This document shows, piece after piece, positions 13,163 to 26,158 of a stretch of DNA of 64,000 nucleotides (position 1 is its first letter; the number at the start of each line of letters is the position of its first letter). Source of the stretch: Gnetum montanum (Eukaryota; Plantae; Gnetophyta); contig MNCI01002989.1 in assembly GCA_015680685.1 (NCBI GenBank), forward strand, positions 455,484 through 519,483, written 5' to 3'. The notes beneath the pieces are model-generated. The model saw only the letters and a list, made by a program, of their open reading frames with translations. It searched no databases and had not been told where the DNA came from. Made by a program: the position numbers and the translations under genes.

Positions 13163-16100
13163 GGTGGTCCTACCTTGCTGACTTCCTAGTCATCCATGTA
13201 GAAAAATGTAAGGGGAACTTTCCAATCATCATGGGAAGAGCCTGGCTAAGCACGGTGAATGCACGACTAGGACTCCAAGATCTTTCCCTAGAAATTTCAA
13301 AGGAAAATCCTTTCGGGAAGATCGAGAAGAAAAGAGTTCCATGCATCACGTACAGTGACTTAGGGCGCAACTATGTGCAACAGTTATGGTCTACTAAGTG
13401 GACATCCATTCAAGCATGCAGTCGGTGTATCGAGGAAACGCCAATTCAACAGTGCCTATATGTAGCAGCCACTAACCAAGAAGGCACCCAGTGGCTGACA
13501 GCTAATCCTGCTAGCAGCACATTATGCATAGAATCATCTGAGGGGCTAGTGCAAGCCTATATTAATAGCACATATGTGATGGAGGAGATCCAACGAACCT
13601 CCATCGTTAATGACTTAGATGATTGGGGAAAGCTAGAGATCCCTGAGAGCTTCAAGTAAGAGCCCCTTGAGCTAAAATCCCTACCGACTCACTTAGAATA
13701 TGCATTCTTGCAAAATGGCAAGCTGGTAATTATCAATGCTGCCCTTGCTCCTGAACAAAAAAAGAAGTTGCTGGTGATGGTAAAAAAATGGGTTGCTACA
13801 TTTATGTGGTCCTATCCTGAGCTGATTGGCGTTGATCCCAGGATTTGCCAGCACCGGATCTACCTTGACCCTTCCATGAAGCCACGGTGACAACCACAAA
13901 GACGATTGAATCCCAATCTGAAGCAAATAGTAAAGGATGAAATTGAACAACTACTTAAGGTAGGATTCATTTATTCTGTCGTTGATAGCGAGTGGGTTAG
14001 CCCCCTTGTTATCGTACCCAAGAAAGGTGGCAAGTGGAGGGTCTGTATCGACTTACGATTGCTCAACATGGCAACTTTCAAGGACCACTTCTCACTCCCA
14101 TTTGTGGACCAGGTGTTGGACACAATCGCAGGACACCAATATTACAAATTTTTGGATGGTTATAACCAAATCCAAATCGTACCAGAGGACCAGGCCAAAA
14201 CTACTTTCATGAGTCCATGGGGGACTTTTGCATATAAGAAGATGCCCTCTGGCCTGTGCAATGCACCTACGACATTCCAACGCATTTTCCTAAGCATCTT
14301 CCAGCAACAAATCAGCAATGATGTAGAAGTCTTCATGGATGACTTCTCCACCTATGATGCCACGTTTGAGCAAGCTTTGGAAAGTCTAGAGTAGGTTCTA
14401 AAGAGGTGTGTAGACACCAATCTGCAGCTCAATTGGAAAAAGAGCCATTTGATGGTCTAGGAGGGCATAGTGTTGGGGCATCGCATTTCATCAACAGGAA
14501 TTAGCGTAGACCCTAAAAAGATTAGGGTCATTCAAGGAATTACCCACCAACCAAGTACTGTCAAAGATGTGCAATCATTCCTTGGACACACTAGTTACTA
14601 CCGGCGCTTCATTGAACACTTCTCGAAGATAGCCCGGCCGTTGGTAGAGCTTACAAAAAAGGACATTCCATTCATCTGGACCAGGGATTGCGAATTTGCA
14701 TTCCAAGAGCTGAAGTAGAAACTCGTAGAAGCTCTGGTTCTACGGGCACCTGTTTGGTCTAGATCCTTTAACATTATGATGAATGCCTCCAACTACGCCT
14801 TGGGAGCCATGCTTACACAGTGTGATGATTAGAAACGTTCATATTATATCCACTGTGCAAGCCATAGCATTATGGGTGCACAACTGAACTATACCACCAT
14901 CGAGAAAGAAAGAATTGATGGTGATGGTGTTCGCATTGGATAAATTCCAGAACTATGTGCTTGGATACGAGGTGTTTGTGCACATAGATCATAGTGCTAT
15001 CTGGTTCCTGATGAATAAACCAACGGTGAGCCCCCGCATAATTCGGTAGCTGGTGATTCTTTAGGAGTTTGATATGACCATGGTAGAAAGAAAGGGGTCT
15101 GAGAATGTGGTCGCTAACTATTTGTCTCAATTACGATGGGATAACACAGAAGAGGAGGAGCCTTTATCCTATCAATTTCCAGATGAACTTCTCTTTACAG
15201 GCGCCGTTGATCCTCAAGCACCCAAGGAATCTCCTTGGTTTAACCGCATCCTCACCTACCTTACAACCCATGAGCTGCCAAAAGAATGGAACCATCGGCA
15301 GAAACAACAGTTTCTCCATAAGGCCAAGCATTTCATGGAAATCAACGGCCACCTCTACAAGGTGTGCGTAGACGGCTTGGTTCGATGGTGTCCTTGACGA
15401 TGATACACTGCGCTTCTTCAAGATGCTCACAAGGGCCCCTGTGGGGGCCACTATGCTAGATGCAGAATAATCATTAAAATCCTTCTTGTAGGGTATTATT
15501 GGCCTACACTTTTTAGGGATGCACAATGGTTCACCCACTCCTGTGAACGATGCCAGAGAGATGGTGGGATGTTGGCACAGTTGGAGGGACCTCAACAATG
15601 GATTCAGCCACTGGAGCCCTTTGACATCTGGGGTATCGACTTCATTGGCCCCATCACCTACTTGTCAAATGGAAAGGCATACATCATCATAGTGGTGGAC
15701 TACTATACAAAGTGGGGAGAAGCAGTAGCCGTCATCAACTGTTCTTCAAACACCACCGCACTATTTGTCTAGCAACAAATCGGTACCAGGTTTGGAGTGC
15801 CTTGCGCACTTATTTCTGACAATGGGACTCACTTAACGGGGGTCACTTTTCGAAAACTCATGCAACGCTTAGGGGCAACACATAAATTCACAACACCTTA
15901 TCACCCCCAAGCCAATGGGTAGGCCGAAGTCACAAATAGGGAAATTACCAAAATCCTTACACAAATAATTAGCAAATATAGGAGGGATTGGAGTACCAAG
16001 CTCAACGATGCCCTATGGGCCTATTGCTCTACTTGGAAACTTCCTATGGGGTATTCTCCCTATGAGTTAGTGTACGGTAAGTTGCCAACACTTCCAATCC

Positions 16101-16470
16101 AGGCAGAACTCCGGAGACTATCCACCACCTGTGACCTTGACCTTGACTACCGCTAGAATAATGAGAATGATTAATCAATTTGAGTCTGTTGGATGAGAAC
16201 CGATTAGTGGCCCTATTTTCAAATGAAACCCACAAGGCCTATAACAAGAAATGACATGATCTTAGGATTTGGAAGCTCACGTTTAGATGTGGAGACAAGG
16301 TACTTTATTGGAACCCCTCACATATATCCCAATCAACTAAGTTTCAGACACTATGGGATCCTTTCCATCTGAAACCTTTCCATCTGGGTCCTTGCTCATC
16401 CAAAACCCTAGGGATCCCACCAGAACACAGTTGGTCAACTGCCAACAACTCAAACCTTTCTGTGAGATTC
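13159..16470 (+). pseudogene. Gypsy pol with stops and frameshifts
   Basis: SEWVSPLVIVPKKGG, FLDGYNQI, GLCNAPTTFQR, VFMDDFS, SFLGHTSYYRRFI, RKGSENVVANYLS, H..CGGH..YYWPTLFRDA..CERC, WGIDFIGP, ISDNGTH, TTPYHPQANG. Confidence 0.95.
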
Positions 16471-18297
16471 ACACAGCCAGTGTCATAGCCTCGTCATCAA
16501 TCGGTCATCCACACTCCATCTTTTGCATCTCCTCCTTTCCACCTAGTCATGGGGGAGACCCTCATCTCTGCCAATCCATCCCACTACACCCCTCACCATA
16601 TTATTATTATTTTTTGTTTTACACTTTTTTTTCTTCCACTTTTTGTTTTCCATTTTTTGTTTTACACTTCCTTGTTTTCCACTTTTTGTCTTACAATTTT
16701 TTGTTTTCATTTTTCATGTTTTTTATTTTTTGTTGTCATCATATTGTTTGGTGCGGTTGATTTTTGTTATGATGGGTATTGTAATAGTCTTCCTAGTTAT
16801 CTGGTTCCCACCATTGCATGGTTGTCCTTAGATTTTAAGTTGTTTCCACTTCATAAACTTGGCAGTGAGTCCATGTCATCCACCCATTCCCCATTCCATG
16901 GTTTTCCTTGTGTCATGAACATGCAATCCCTTCTTCATTTAAAAAAATTTTAATCAATGTGTGACTTGTGTAGTTACTAGACTAAGGGATGACCCAATGG
17001 TTTGAATGGTGTGACTTCAAGGAGAGTGCTTTATTCATTGTTTTGTTCTATTCCTTGGGTTGCTAGTGTGTCCTTATGGATTTCCTCCCACTCCAAGTCT
17101 CTCTTCACGGAAGCTTCTTGGCAATTCGACCTTGCATGGTGTGGTCCTCACTAAAAAACTTCCAAAAATAAATAAATAAATCAAGGATTCAAAGCACACC
17201 CCTTGGTCAAATGCATGCAAACACGCATGGGTCTTTGCATGGTGTGGTTCCCCCGCACAAAAGAAAAGAAAAATGAATCGTGGTGGGAATTCAAAGCACA
17301 CCTCTTAGACCGCCTCTCACGGGCCATACACTGTAGTTATGGGACTTCCTTGGTCCCCTCTAACTTTGTCCTGTTTTACTTCCTTCTTCTCACATTTTCT
17401 GGAGTGGTGGTTCTTTGTGGGGTCATTCTTGTTTCCTTGGGGGATGGTCGGAACTTTGTTTATTGCTGCGATGTCATTGTTTGCAGATGGTTTTGGGTCT
17501 GTCCTCAGGAAGGTTCTACCAGGTCACTTAACCACACTCTCACATGGGGTTTCATGTGGTTGACACTCGAAATTTCCATTTTCTCCTCTTCTTCCATTCC
17601 CACTTCTCTCCGTACTCACCTCACTACCCTTTTTATGTTTTGTGTGTTCGTTGTGTTTTCTTTAGGTCTCTCATGCCTTGGCGGGTTCTCTTGGTTTAGA
17701 GTCTTAATTGGTGACACAACTTATCGACATTAGGGCCCATGGACCCTGGTGTTGAGGGTATGCAAGGGCTACAAGGCTATTGCCTGCTATGGGGAGGACC
17801 CACCTACATATTTCTGGTTATGCTTGTTAAGCTTCCCATCCTTTGGATTTCTTGGTTGCCTAGTTTCAGTGTCCCATCATTCGATTTCATCCTTGCAAAG
17901 TTCTTTTTCCATCCTGTTCTCCCATTTTGTCTCTTTTTCATGCTTAATTACCTTCATCCTATCCTTAATCATGATCGGGCCTTTCCTGTGCTTCAAATGC
18001 TTTAATTTGGATTTTCAAATTTTTCAATTTGGGTGTTTTTTAGGTTGGTTAATGCTGGTCCACGGGTGAACAGTGCTGCATATACGGGGCACCGTATACA
18101 CAACCACTACGTATATGCGGCCCTATCGATGCAGTGCCCAACCCCTATATATACCCCGTCGTACTTCTTCATTTTTCATTATTTGGAGTCCAAATTGAGG
18201 GGATTTTTTGCCATTTTTTCTGCCTAACCCTTCCCAACGCACCTACACTCCATCGCGTGTCCGCATCAACCTGTCCTTGCCCTTTTCCACAACCGAA

Positions 18298-18327
18298 NNN
18301 NNNNNNNNGGGGGGGGGGGGGGGGGGG
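18298..18327. other. Assembly gap (N run) followed by poly-G
   Basis: N characters, then about 19 G. Confidence 0.98.
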
Positions 18328-18530
18328 TGGTGCCCTTGTGTAATTAATTGATTAATTAACTAATTAGTTGTTAATTACAAAACCTTTGGCCCTAACCCCT
18401 AACTTAACACTCCGCGAAACTTAACGGTGTGCCTGTGCTATTAACATAACTTGGTCAAACTGAGAAAGTATATACGGACCATCTTAAACTACTTATGAAT
18501 GGTCTAACGGACAGTTATGTTTGTTTTCAA

Positions 18531-21341
18531 ATGGCACCAAAACCAAGGCACCCAAGGGATGAAGGACCATCACAACTAAGGGACAAGTGCCCACGCATGG
18601 GAAGGGGACGAGGTGTGCAACCGCCAGAGTATGTGGAGGGTCCCCATGCAACTGGGCCCTTCCGCAAAGGACCTGACGTGGAATCTGTTCACTAGATTCC
18701 CGAAGAGGAGATTCCCGACGTGCAATCACTAGGGGATGAGACTCTTGGGATAGCACCATGGCTTGAGGTCACCCTGACCCAAGCCTGCCTTGATGCTATG
18801 ATGCCACGCAAGGTGCAATGGATGGTCCTCTAAGAGTTAAATTTTGGACCATTCCTCGATAACGCTCCAGATGACATGAGACTTCAATTGCAGAACTCTC
18901 CGATGTGGCCAATCATCATAACCAGTGGTGAGTGGTACTTAGGAGAAACTTATCTCTTCTGGATGAATTAGCAACTAGGGTCAAGAGTAAGAATAAAAGA
19001 CATTTATGTCTCTTACTCTTCGGAAGCTATAGCGCAAGCTCTGGGGTTGCCCAAAATAGGGGAAGATGTGGCAGAAATCCCTAAGCAGGCTAATCCAAAG
19101 GTGAAGGTGCAATGGATCCAATGGTGCTATGGGGTAGAGTGCAAGGAATTTGGTTCCTTGGCCACGGCGGAGAGAGTATACTCCAAGATAGTGTCTTACC
19201 ATTTGAATCCAATGGTAAGACCCAGCAAAATCACAACCTTCTTTGCTCGTGCGTGTGGCGCCTTAAGTGGGAAATTTTCCATGAGTCTTCCACAACTGTT
19301 GTTTCTGGAGATTGAAAAAAGGTTCGCTAAGAATGGACGTGGAAGACGAGCTCTCCCTTTTCCCTACCTAATTCAAAAGTTATGCAAACGGGCAGGGATA
19401 GCACGGTACTCTAATGATATAATCTGGCGTGCCTCAAATGCCTCATGGCGAGAGATGATGAAAGATAAAACTCCTGCCACCACACAGATAGAGGACGAGC
19501 AACAACCACCTCCACCACATCCACGAGCTCTGAGAAACACTCTTGAGCCAGCAAGAGCAATCTAGCAGGACTAGTGGAGGAGAAGATACTTCGGTCTATC
19601 ACCCTGCCATGAGCCACCTGGAGTAAGTTGAATAATCAGTCAGCTTGCTTGAAAGGGCAGGGTCAATATTCTCCACCGCCCAAGCATCAATTCCACTCAG
19701 AACAAATCCAAGCATCTGAGATGTATCAACTACAACCCAGCAGTTATTCCCTAAAATCTCAGGGAATGCTGCTACTTTCTCGGTATGCTTGGAGGATGGT
19801 GAGGGGGCGACGGTCCTGGTGATGTAGCACCAGGGATAGGAAGTTGCAGCCGAAGTGGTTCCTGATACAATTGCTACAGTCCTCAATGCACCGGTAGCAC
19901 CTGTACCAAACATTTATGGATTACAAGATGTATAGGTATCTCCTAAAACTTCGCATAGCAAGATTGATGCAGCCCAACATGAAGAATTGTTGGACCGACT
20001 AGTAGGAATCGGGCAATCGCTTTCAGATGGCTTCAATCTTCTGGACAACATCACTGCAACCCAGTCAGAGCTGCTATTGGCAAGGGGCAAGAACCTTATT
20101 TTGGAGGGGCAACTAGAAGTGGCTCAAGCTGCTTGTCAGCGCTTGGCAATGGAGGTTGCCCAATTAAGAGCCCAGCTTGCCGATCTGGCCATCCTCGATC
20201 GTGAAATCACTAAAGATGAAGCTTTTCAATAGCTTCAGCTTAAACTTTAAGTTGTTGAGGATGAAAGGGAGATGGAGATCCTAGACAAGTCCATAGCAGA
20301 TGCCCGAGTGTATTACTTAGAGAAGGACTTGGTGGAGGTTTGCCAGGAGAATGTGCAACTGACCGTAGAAGTTCATCGCCTGCGTAATGTTGGTGCAGAG
20401 AACGAGCACATGAAAGATTTCATCCACCAATAGTAGGAGGAGCTAGCCAGGGTGAATGCAAATATAAGAAGGTTGGCTACTAAAAATTGAAATCTGTCAA
20501 TGGAGGAGGTTCGGGCATTGCGACAGAAGTTTGCAATCGAAATTTCCACTTGGAAGAACGAGGCTCTAAAATTTGAAAAAGTCAAAAATCATTACAGGGA
20601 CCAAGTGGGATTGCAGAAGGAGGTGAACGAGAAGCACATTCAAGTCGCTAAAGCCCAGAGGAACCAGGTGCTCCAGCAGCTCCGAGAAGGAGGCAATGTA
20701 TGGCCATCCATCTTTGATGGACTGAACATCTACAATAAAGCAGAAATTTGCCTAAAGGAGTTGCAAATTGAAGAAATGACAAAATACATGGAGTTAGCCA
20801 ACCTTTGCTCTACAAACTTGGCGTTGCTCACAGCCGGGAGACTACGATCAGAATTAGAAAAATAAGTGGCGCCTCATATTCCCTATACGAGGGTGAGTTT
20901 TAGGAGTACAAGGTAACAAAATAGAAGTTGGCAATAGCAAACGCAGAACTCGAGGTCCTCCGAACAAGCTTTGAAGGCCAACATACTATCGCGGAGGACC
21001 TAGCCCGAAGAATGAATGACTACCAATAGCTACAGTTATCAATTCGAGCGTTTGATATCAAACGCAAGAAGTTTGCAGCCTAGTTTGTCAATTTAAAAGA
21101 ACTCTTCCTAGCGCTGCCTTGCCCTTGGGAAGTTCCAATTCCAGCACACATTGGAGAAGTCGCCTGGACTATGAATGAACCCAGAAGCAAAGAAGAGAAA
21201 ATGAGGGCTCTCTTGGAGGCTTTCCGACTACCTCCAGAAGTTGCAGCTACCACAGGACTTCCGACATCCATGCCACCACCAACACATAGGACAGAGGCTG
21301 GAGAAGGACCATCAGAACCACTACCCCCAGGGATGGTGTAA
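18531..21341 (+). pseudogene. Extra 3' ORF in the env position (~930 codons, interrupted): plant-transposon-type domain plus long coiled coil
   Basis: Starts MAPKPRHPRDEGPS; KIVSYHLNP..LLFLEIEKRF..LPFPYLIQKLC; heptad-rich E/L/K/Q segments at 19987-21080; ends EGPSEPLPPGMV-TAA. Confidence 0.72.
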
Positions 21342-21591
21342 TCTTCTCCAGTAATTTTATGCATCATCCTACATAGCAGAGGCTCCAGGACCAGCGGAGT
21401 GTTCAATTTTATCTTTGAACACTACCATTTTTGTAATTTGTCCCCCTCTGTAACTCAGGCACTTGGTCAAATTTATGTTGTATCATGTGTATATCATTTA
21501 TGTGTTAAGTTATGTGTGTTGTAAATAAGAATCCATACCTTTCAAATTGTAAAGTAAATTGAGGACGAGTTTTTGCTCAGTTGTGGGGGTA

Positions 21592-22517
21592 TGATGAAGT
21601 GTCAAAAGTCAATGCGTCGATTGGGCCGCGTATACGGGGCCACGTCGACGCGGGACCATCAACGTAGCCACCCTACATCAATGTGGCCCCGTTTATGCAG
21701 CTAACTTTCCTGGATCTATAAATATAAGGGCCTTCCACCTCATTTAGGCATCTTTTTGAGTAGTAGTAGCAAAGCTCTTGCAGTTTGTTCCTGTAAGAGA
21801 TAGAATATTTTCAAAATGCCCGCAGCAGGTGTAAGAAAAGTGATCGGATCTTTATTCAAGCGTTGATGTATCTAAGCCCATTAGCGTGACGAAAATAAAG
21901 TTGAACTGTTCAAGCATACCTTGCAGCATTTGGACTTAGTTGTTTCATGCATTTAATAGTTTAAAATGTTTATGCTTTATTAATTACTTGTTAATGCTTT
22001 ATTAGTTACTTGTTGATTATTTATGTTTTCATTATTATAATTTTAATCATTATTGTTCATTTGTAGCTCATTAAAGCCATAAGTATGACCATCTCGAACG
22101 TAATCCAAACACTTGGTAAGCCCAGCGACGCTTAACGTTTGGTAACCCAGTAGTGTTAAGAAATGCTCAAAATGTGCTTGGAAGATGGGACCAGATACTT
22201 ATGCTAGGAGTAGTTAGAATATAAACTAGGATAATTAGAGATTAGATTATAGTTTATTCCTTACCTTCCATACTTCAATTAGTCACCAAAAAAGATAATT
22301 AAAAAGATATAAAAATAATTAGCCTTAGTCTCACTTAACCAACGTAAACAAAGCCTCACAAGTGAGATTAGGATGTCAACGACCGTTCTAACCCAAGGTT
22401 TCACTGGTTAGAAGTTTGGTGTATGTTATGTGCTTATAGTCTGCAGATTTCGACTGAGTCGTGCGTGAATGCTCGTGATTCATATGGTTGGGCGTAGGGG
22501 TACCTAGCCACTCATCA
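21592..22517 (+). repeat. 3' LTR of the Athila-like element (926 bp)
   Basis: TGATG...CATCA termini; preceded by PPT-like TGTGGGGGTA; TATA (CTATAAATATA) at ~21716; the 3' end matches the reverse complement of 47388-47420. Confidence 0.92.
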
Positions 22518-25500
22518 ATGGCCATGAAAGAAATTAGAGGCCTCTTAACTCTAAAATATGAAGAGCTTCAAAATGCTCTCATTGCTTATGAAACGAATCT
22601 CATAAGTGGAGGAGCTATTCAAGAAAGGTCCATTACCTTAAAGACTACCTCAAAGGAGGAGCTCAATGATCATGATGAGGGTAGTGAAGATGAAATTACC
22701 TTTCTCACTAGGAAGCTACAATGATTGATAACTAGAAGAAATAAAGGAACATATTAGCAAAGATTCAATCAGTCCAAAGGTAGAGAAAGTGTAAGAATTT
22801 TTTAAATTCTAATTTAGATTTTTCTTCTCTAGAATGTTGGATGTGTGGTGAAAGAGGGCATCTGGCCTCCGAACTTCCTAGTAGTTTCAGGATGCAATCC
22901 AAGAAAAAAATCCATCGAAGGGGTAAAGAAGGCTAGGGCTCCATCATTTATAGTGATTTTTGTTAGAGATGTCCCACAAGAAGATTGGAACATCTAGGGC
23001 ATCATCAAAGAAATTTTTAAGAGGAAGCTCCAGTAGTGCATTACCTTTTTAGATGTCTTAGTTTTGAAGCACAAGCATCCAACATAGGTTTGAGGTAACT
23101 TGAATGACTACTATCATTTCTAAGTGTTCTCTTGCTTTCCTAATTCATAGATAGCAAGCTTTGTTAGACTACTTCAAGCTTTTGCACTGGACAATTTCGT
23201 TTCCATGAATCTTCTTATCCCTAAGGTGTTAATTAGGGAATTCTATTATAATAATGCTATCTTTGATGCTGTTGTTGGACATTCACATCAACTATTGGGG
23301 GAATTGTTGTTAAGGTCTCTTCCTAAATTGTGAATGTCATTCTAGGTACCTCTAGTCTTGATGTATTCTAGATTACCATTGATACAATGCATGATATTTA
23401 CACAAATGGTATAATGCCCATAGGACATGATGAATTTTGGGATGTTTTGTTTGGCAGAGATATGTCATTTGATAGGGATCATATCTAGAGGAGCAAGATG
23501 ACTCCTGATGCCTCCACCTTGTCATTCATTGTTTTGTATAACATCATGTTAAAAGAAGTAGCTACAGTTATCTACTATCACACCAAGGTTTTGTACTATA
23601 TTTCTTCTTATATGGTTGCCACTGGATCTAGGACACACTCTTTGCTAAGACATTTTAAGCATTTATGACAAGGATAGAATCCTTGGGCACCCCTACCTCA
23701 TCAGTTTGTTGATTCCCTAGAGGGATGTAGCTATTCAAAAATTTCCTTTGCTTAATAGCAAGAGGAGTCTCAACAAGTATGTGGAGAAGAGGAGTACTTC
23801 CCATGTACTAGAAGTAGAACCTAGCACCAAACCTTAGAAATAAAATAAGGAAGCATCTCTATAATTAAGAAGATTCAAATCCACTAGTGCTTAGATTAGC
23901 TCATCACTAAAGAAGCTTCTTCAACCCTATACTTAAGCCATTAGGAAACTTGGAATGAACCTCTCTTACTTGCATAATAGTTTGGATGTAGCTGGGACTC
24001 CTTCTTTCTTTGATTGGCAGGTGTTTGAGGAGGTTACTACTCCTTCTATCTTTGATAGTGAGGAGATGTTCTTGCTCCATCGTAACATTCTTCTGCAATG
24101 GGACCATCATGTATGTATGACTCAAGGATGGAGTTAGATTCTAAACCAAAGGCACCCCCAACTAGTGTCCAGGGAAAGCATCATGATTCCATGTAGGAAC
24201 CAAAGCACCATGATCTAGTCCCTCTTGCTTATATAGTTTCACCTCCTACTAATGTTCCTAGCTCTTTTAAGTAATGGAATATTAAGAGTATCTTTGGGAC
24301 CATGTCCCAATGGGTCCCAATTCAGCAACCACTACCTCCATCAACTCCACTAGCTTCCTCTCAGTTTTAAGTGAAGCTTCATCTTAGGTGGGCTCTAGTG
24401 CATCAGCTTGAATCCTCTAATAAGGATACCTAGAGATCTAGCTAACCCAACAATAGTAGTGATGATGATTAGAAGGAGACTTATCATCCATCTAGAGCAA
24501 TAGTGAATTCTAAGTCTAAGGATGCTACCAAGGTTAGTGATTAAGCCCTTAGCTGGTTGTTTATTTTCTTATTTTGATGTTCAATAAGGAAGAAATATTT
24601 TTTTTCTCTCACATATGTGATTTTGGGACTTTGCACATATGTGATTGATGTGGAATAAAAGTTGTAGGTAGTTGTACTCTAATGTGCTTCTAGTATATAA
24701 CAATTTGAAAATGGTTATGGATAGATGGTATGTTTTCCCTATTATCTTTGTGTCGTCTATCTTTGCTATTTATTTATTTTGCTTATACCTTGATTATGTA
24801 CCATTGAACCTTCATGTTTATCCTAATCCCTATATATCATAGGAATTTATATGTCTTAATGTTTTTTCTTCATATATTTTATGCACTTTCTTTATATGCT
24901 CTATCCTTTTTGGTCATGTCCAAAAGGAGGGAGAGCTAGCGTATGGAAGTAGCTTATGTATTGGGATAAGACTAAGTGATTTTCTTAAGTTTTGGACATT
25001 ACAAAAAAGGGGGGAGATTGTGGATCTTTTGGTATATCAAAATGTTAAGAAAAATGGAAAACAAGGTTTTTTGTGTGTGTGATTGTTGTGCTTGCAGAAA
25101 AACTTGGATTAAGCCTTAGGTTGAGACAAGAAGGTTTGTAGAAGATCACAATTGTGGACAAGGAATGATGAATTCATCATGTAAAGGAAGGTTAAAAAAA
25201 GATGTCCATGAGAAATAGTAGACGTGTTGGCAGTATTAGAGACTTCATAGACAAAGACGTCTTCAAGAAACAATAGACATCTTTCCTCGAGCAAAGACAT
25301 CTTCATAGAATGCAAGCCAATTTTAGAAACATATCTTTGATTAGACAAAGATGTCTTCTGCAAATGGAGATTTTAGAAAGATGTCTTTCCTAGATAAAGA
25401 CATCTTTCCAGAATAGAGGGAAAATACAGAAATCCATCTCATGCATAAAGAGGATTCTTCCAAGATGGATTTGAAAAAATGATAGCTATAAGAAGAGATC

Positions 25501-26095
25501 ATATGCATTGGAAAATATGCAAGCTTATGTGTAATCATTGTACAATCATTTTTTCAACCATTGTAATCTCTGTTCCTTTTCATTATATCATCATTTGTTC
25601 ATTGTAAAGTGTGCTATACCTCAAACTACAAGGATCATCAAACTAAGTTGCATTTATCCCTTGCAATTGTTCTTTCTTGTTGCTGTTTGAGATTAATGTA
25701 CTTCTTGTAAGAAGGCATCTTGCTTGAGCTTGTTGGGATCCTATAGGATTGAGTGATTGGTATTGCTACATAACATTTTGGAGTGAAGCTCATGATTGTA
25801 AAGGTTATGGAAGCCTAGAAACAATATTCCAAGCCTCATAGAACCTTGTGGGATTGAGTGGTTGGTGTTGCAACACAACACTCTAGAGTGGAACTTGAAG
25901 ATTGTATAGGGTGTGGAGCCTTCAAATCATATTTGAGAGAAACAATGTCTAGAGTTGTGGTTGTGATGTACCCTTTGAGTGTGAACTACCCAAGTTGGAT
26001 AATCATGTTAAATTTGTTGTATGTACTTTATCTCAAAAAGTCTTAATTTGAGGAACTTATTCATCTTTCCACCCTTCTAAGTTCAACGATCCACA
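22518..26095 (+). mobile_element. Pol-less SIRE-like Ty1/copia derivative: gag end, decayed extra ORF, multiple PPTs, 3' LTR
   Basis: Copia gag AMKEIRGLLTLKYEELQNALIAYE..SITLK..EDEITFLTRKL; knuckle CWMCGERGH at ~22875; PPT-like CCAAAAGGAGGGAGA (24920) and ACAAAAAAGGGGGGAGAT (25001). Confidence 0.8.
25019..26095 (+). repeat. LTR of the SIRE-like element (1077 bp)
   Basis: 8-bp terminal inverted repeat TGTGGATC...GATCCACA; repeated AAGAC(A/G)TCTT palindromes at 25250-25410; TATTCA..CCACCCTTCTA near the 3' end. Confidence 0.85.
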
Positions 26096-26158
26096 AAGAC
26101 CTCCTACTTATGAACCTCAACATCTAATGCTTCATATAGCTAACCATGAAAGCCAAGC
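26096..26158 (-). pseudogene. tRNA-like module with the B box cut off by a copia LTR
   Basis: Begins at AAGACCTCCTA immediately after the LTR end GATCCACA. Confidence 0.55.

Larger units (their letters stand above)
13159..22517 (+). mobile_element. 5'-truncated Athila-like Ty3/gypsy element: PR end-RT-RH-INT, extra ORF, PPT, 3' LTR
   Basis: Domain order; the LTR and protease are homologous to the tRNA-Asp-primed element at 47388-54444. Confidence 0.9.

Noticed and set aside
16353-18069. Hydrophobic ORFs as a transmembrane envelope gene
   Set aside because: Phe/Leu richness comes from T-rich non-coding tracts; overlapping frames give similar peptides.
18298-18327. Poly-G as a G-quadruplex element
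   Set aside because: It abuts an N gap, so its length and identity are unreliable.
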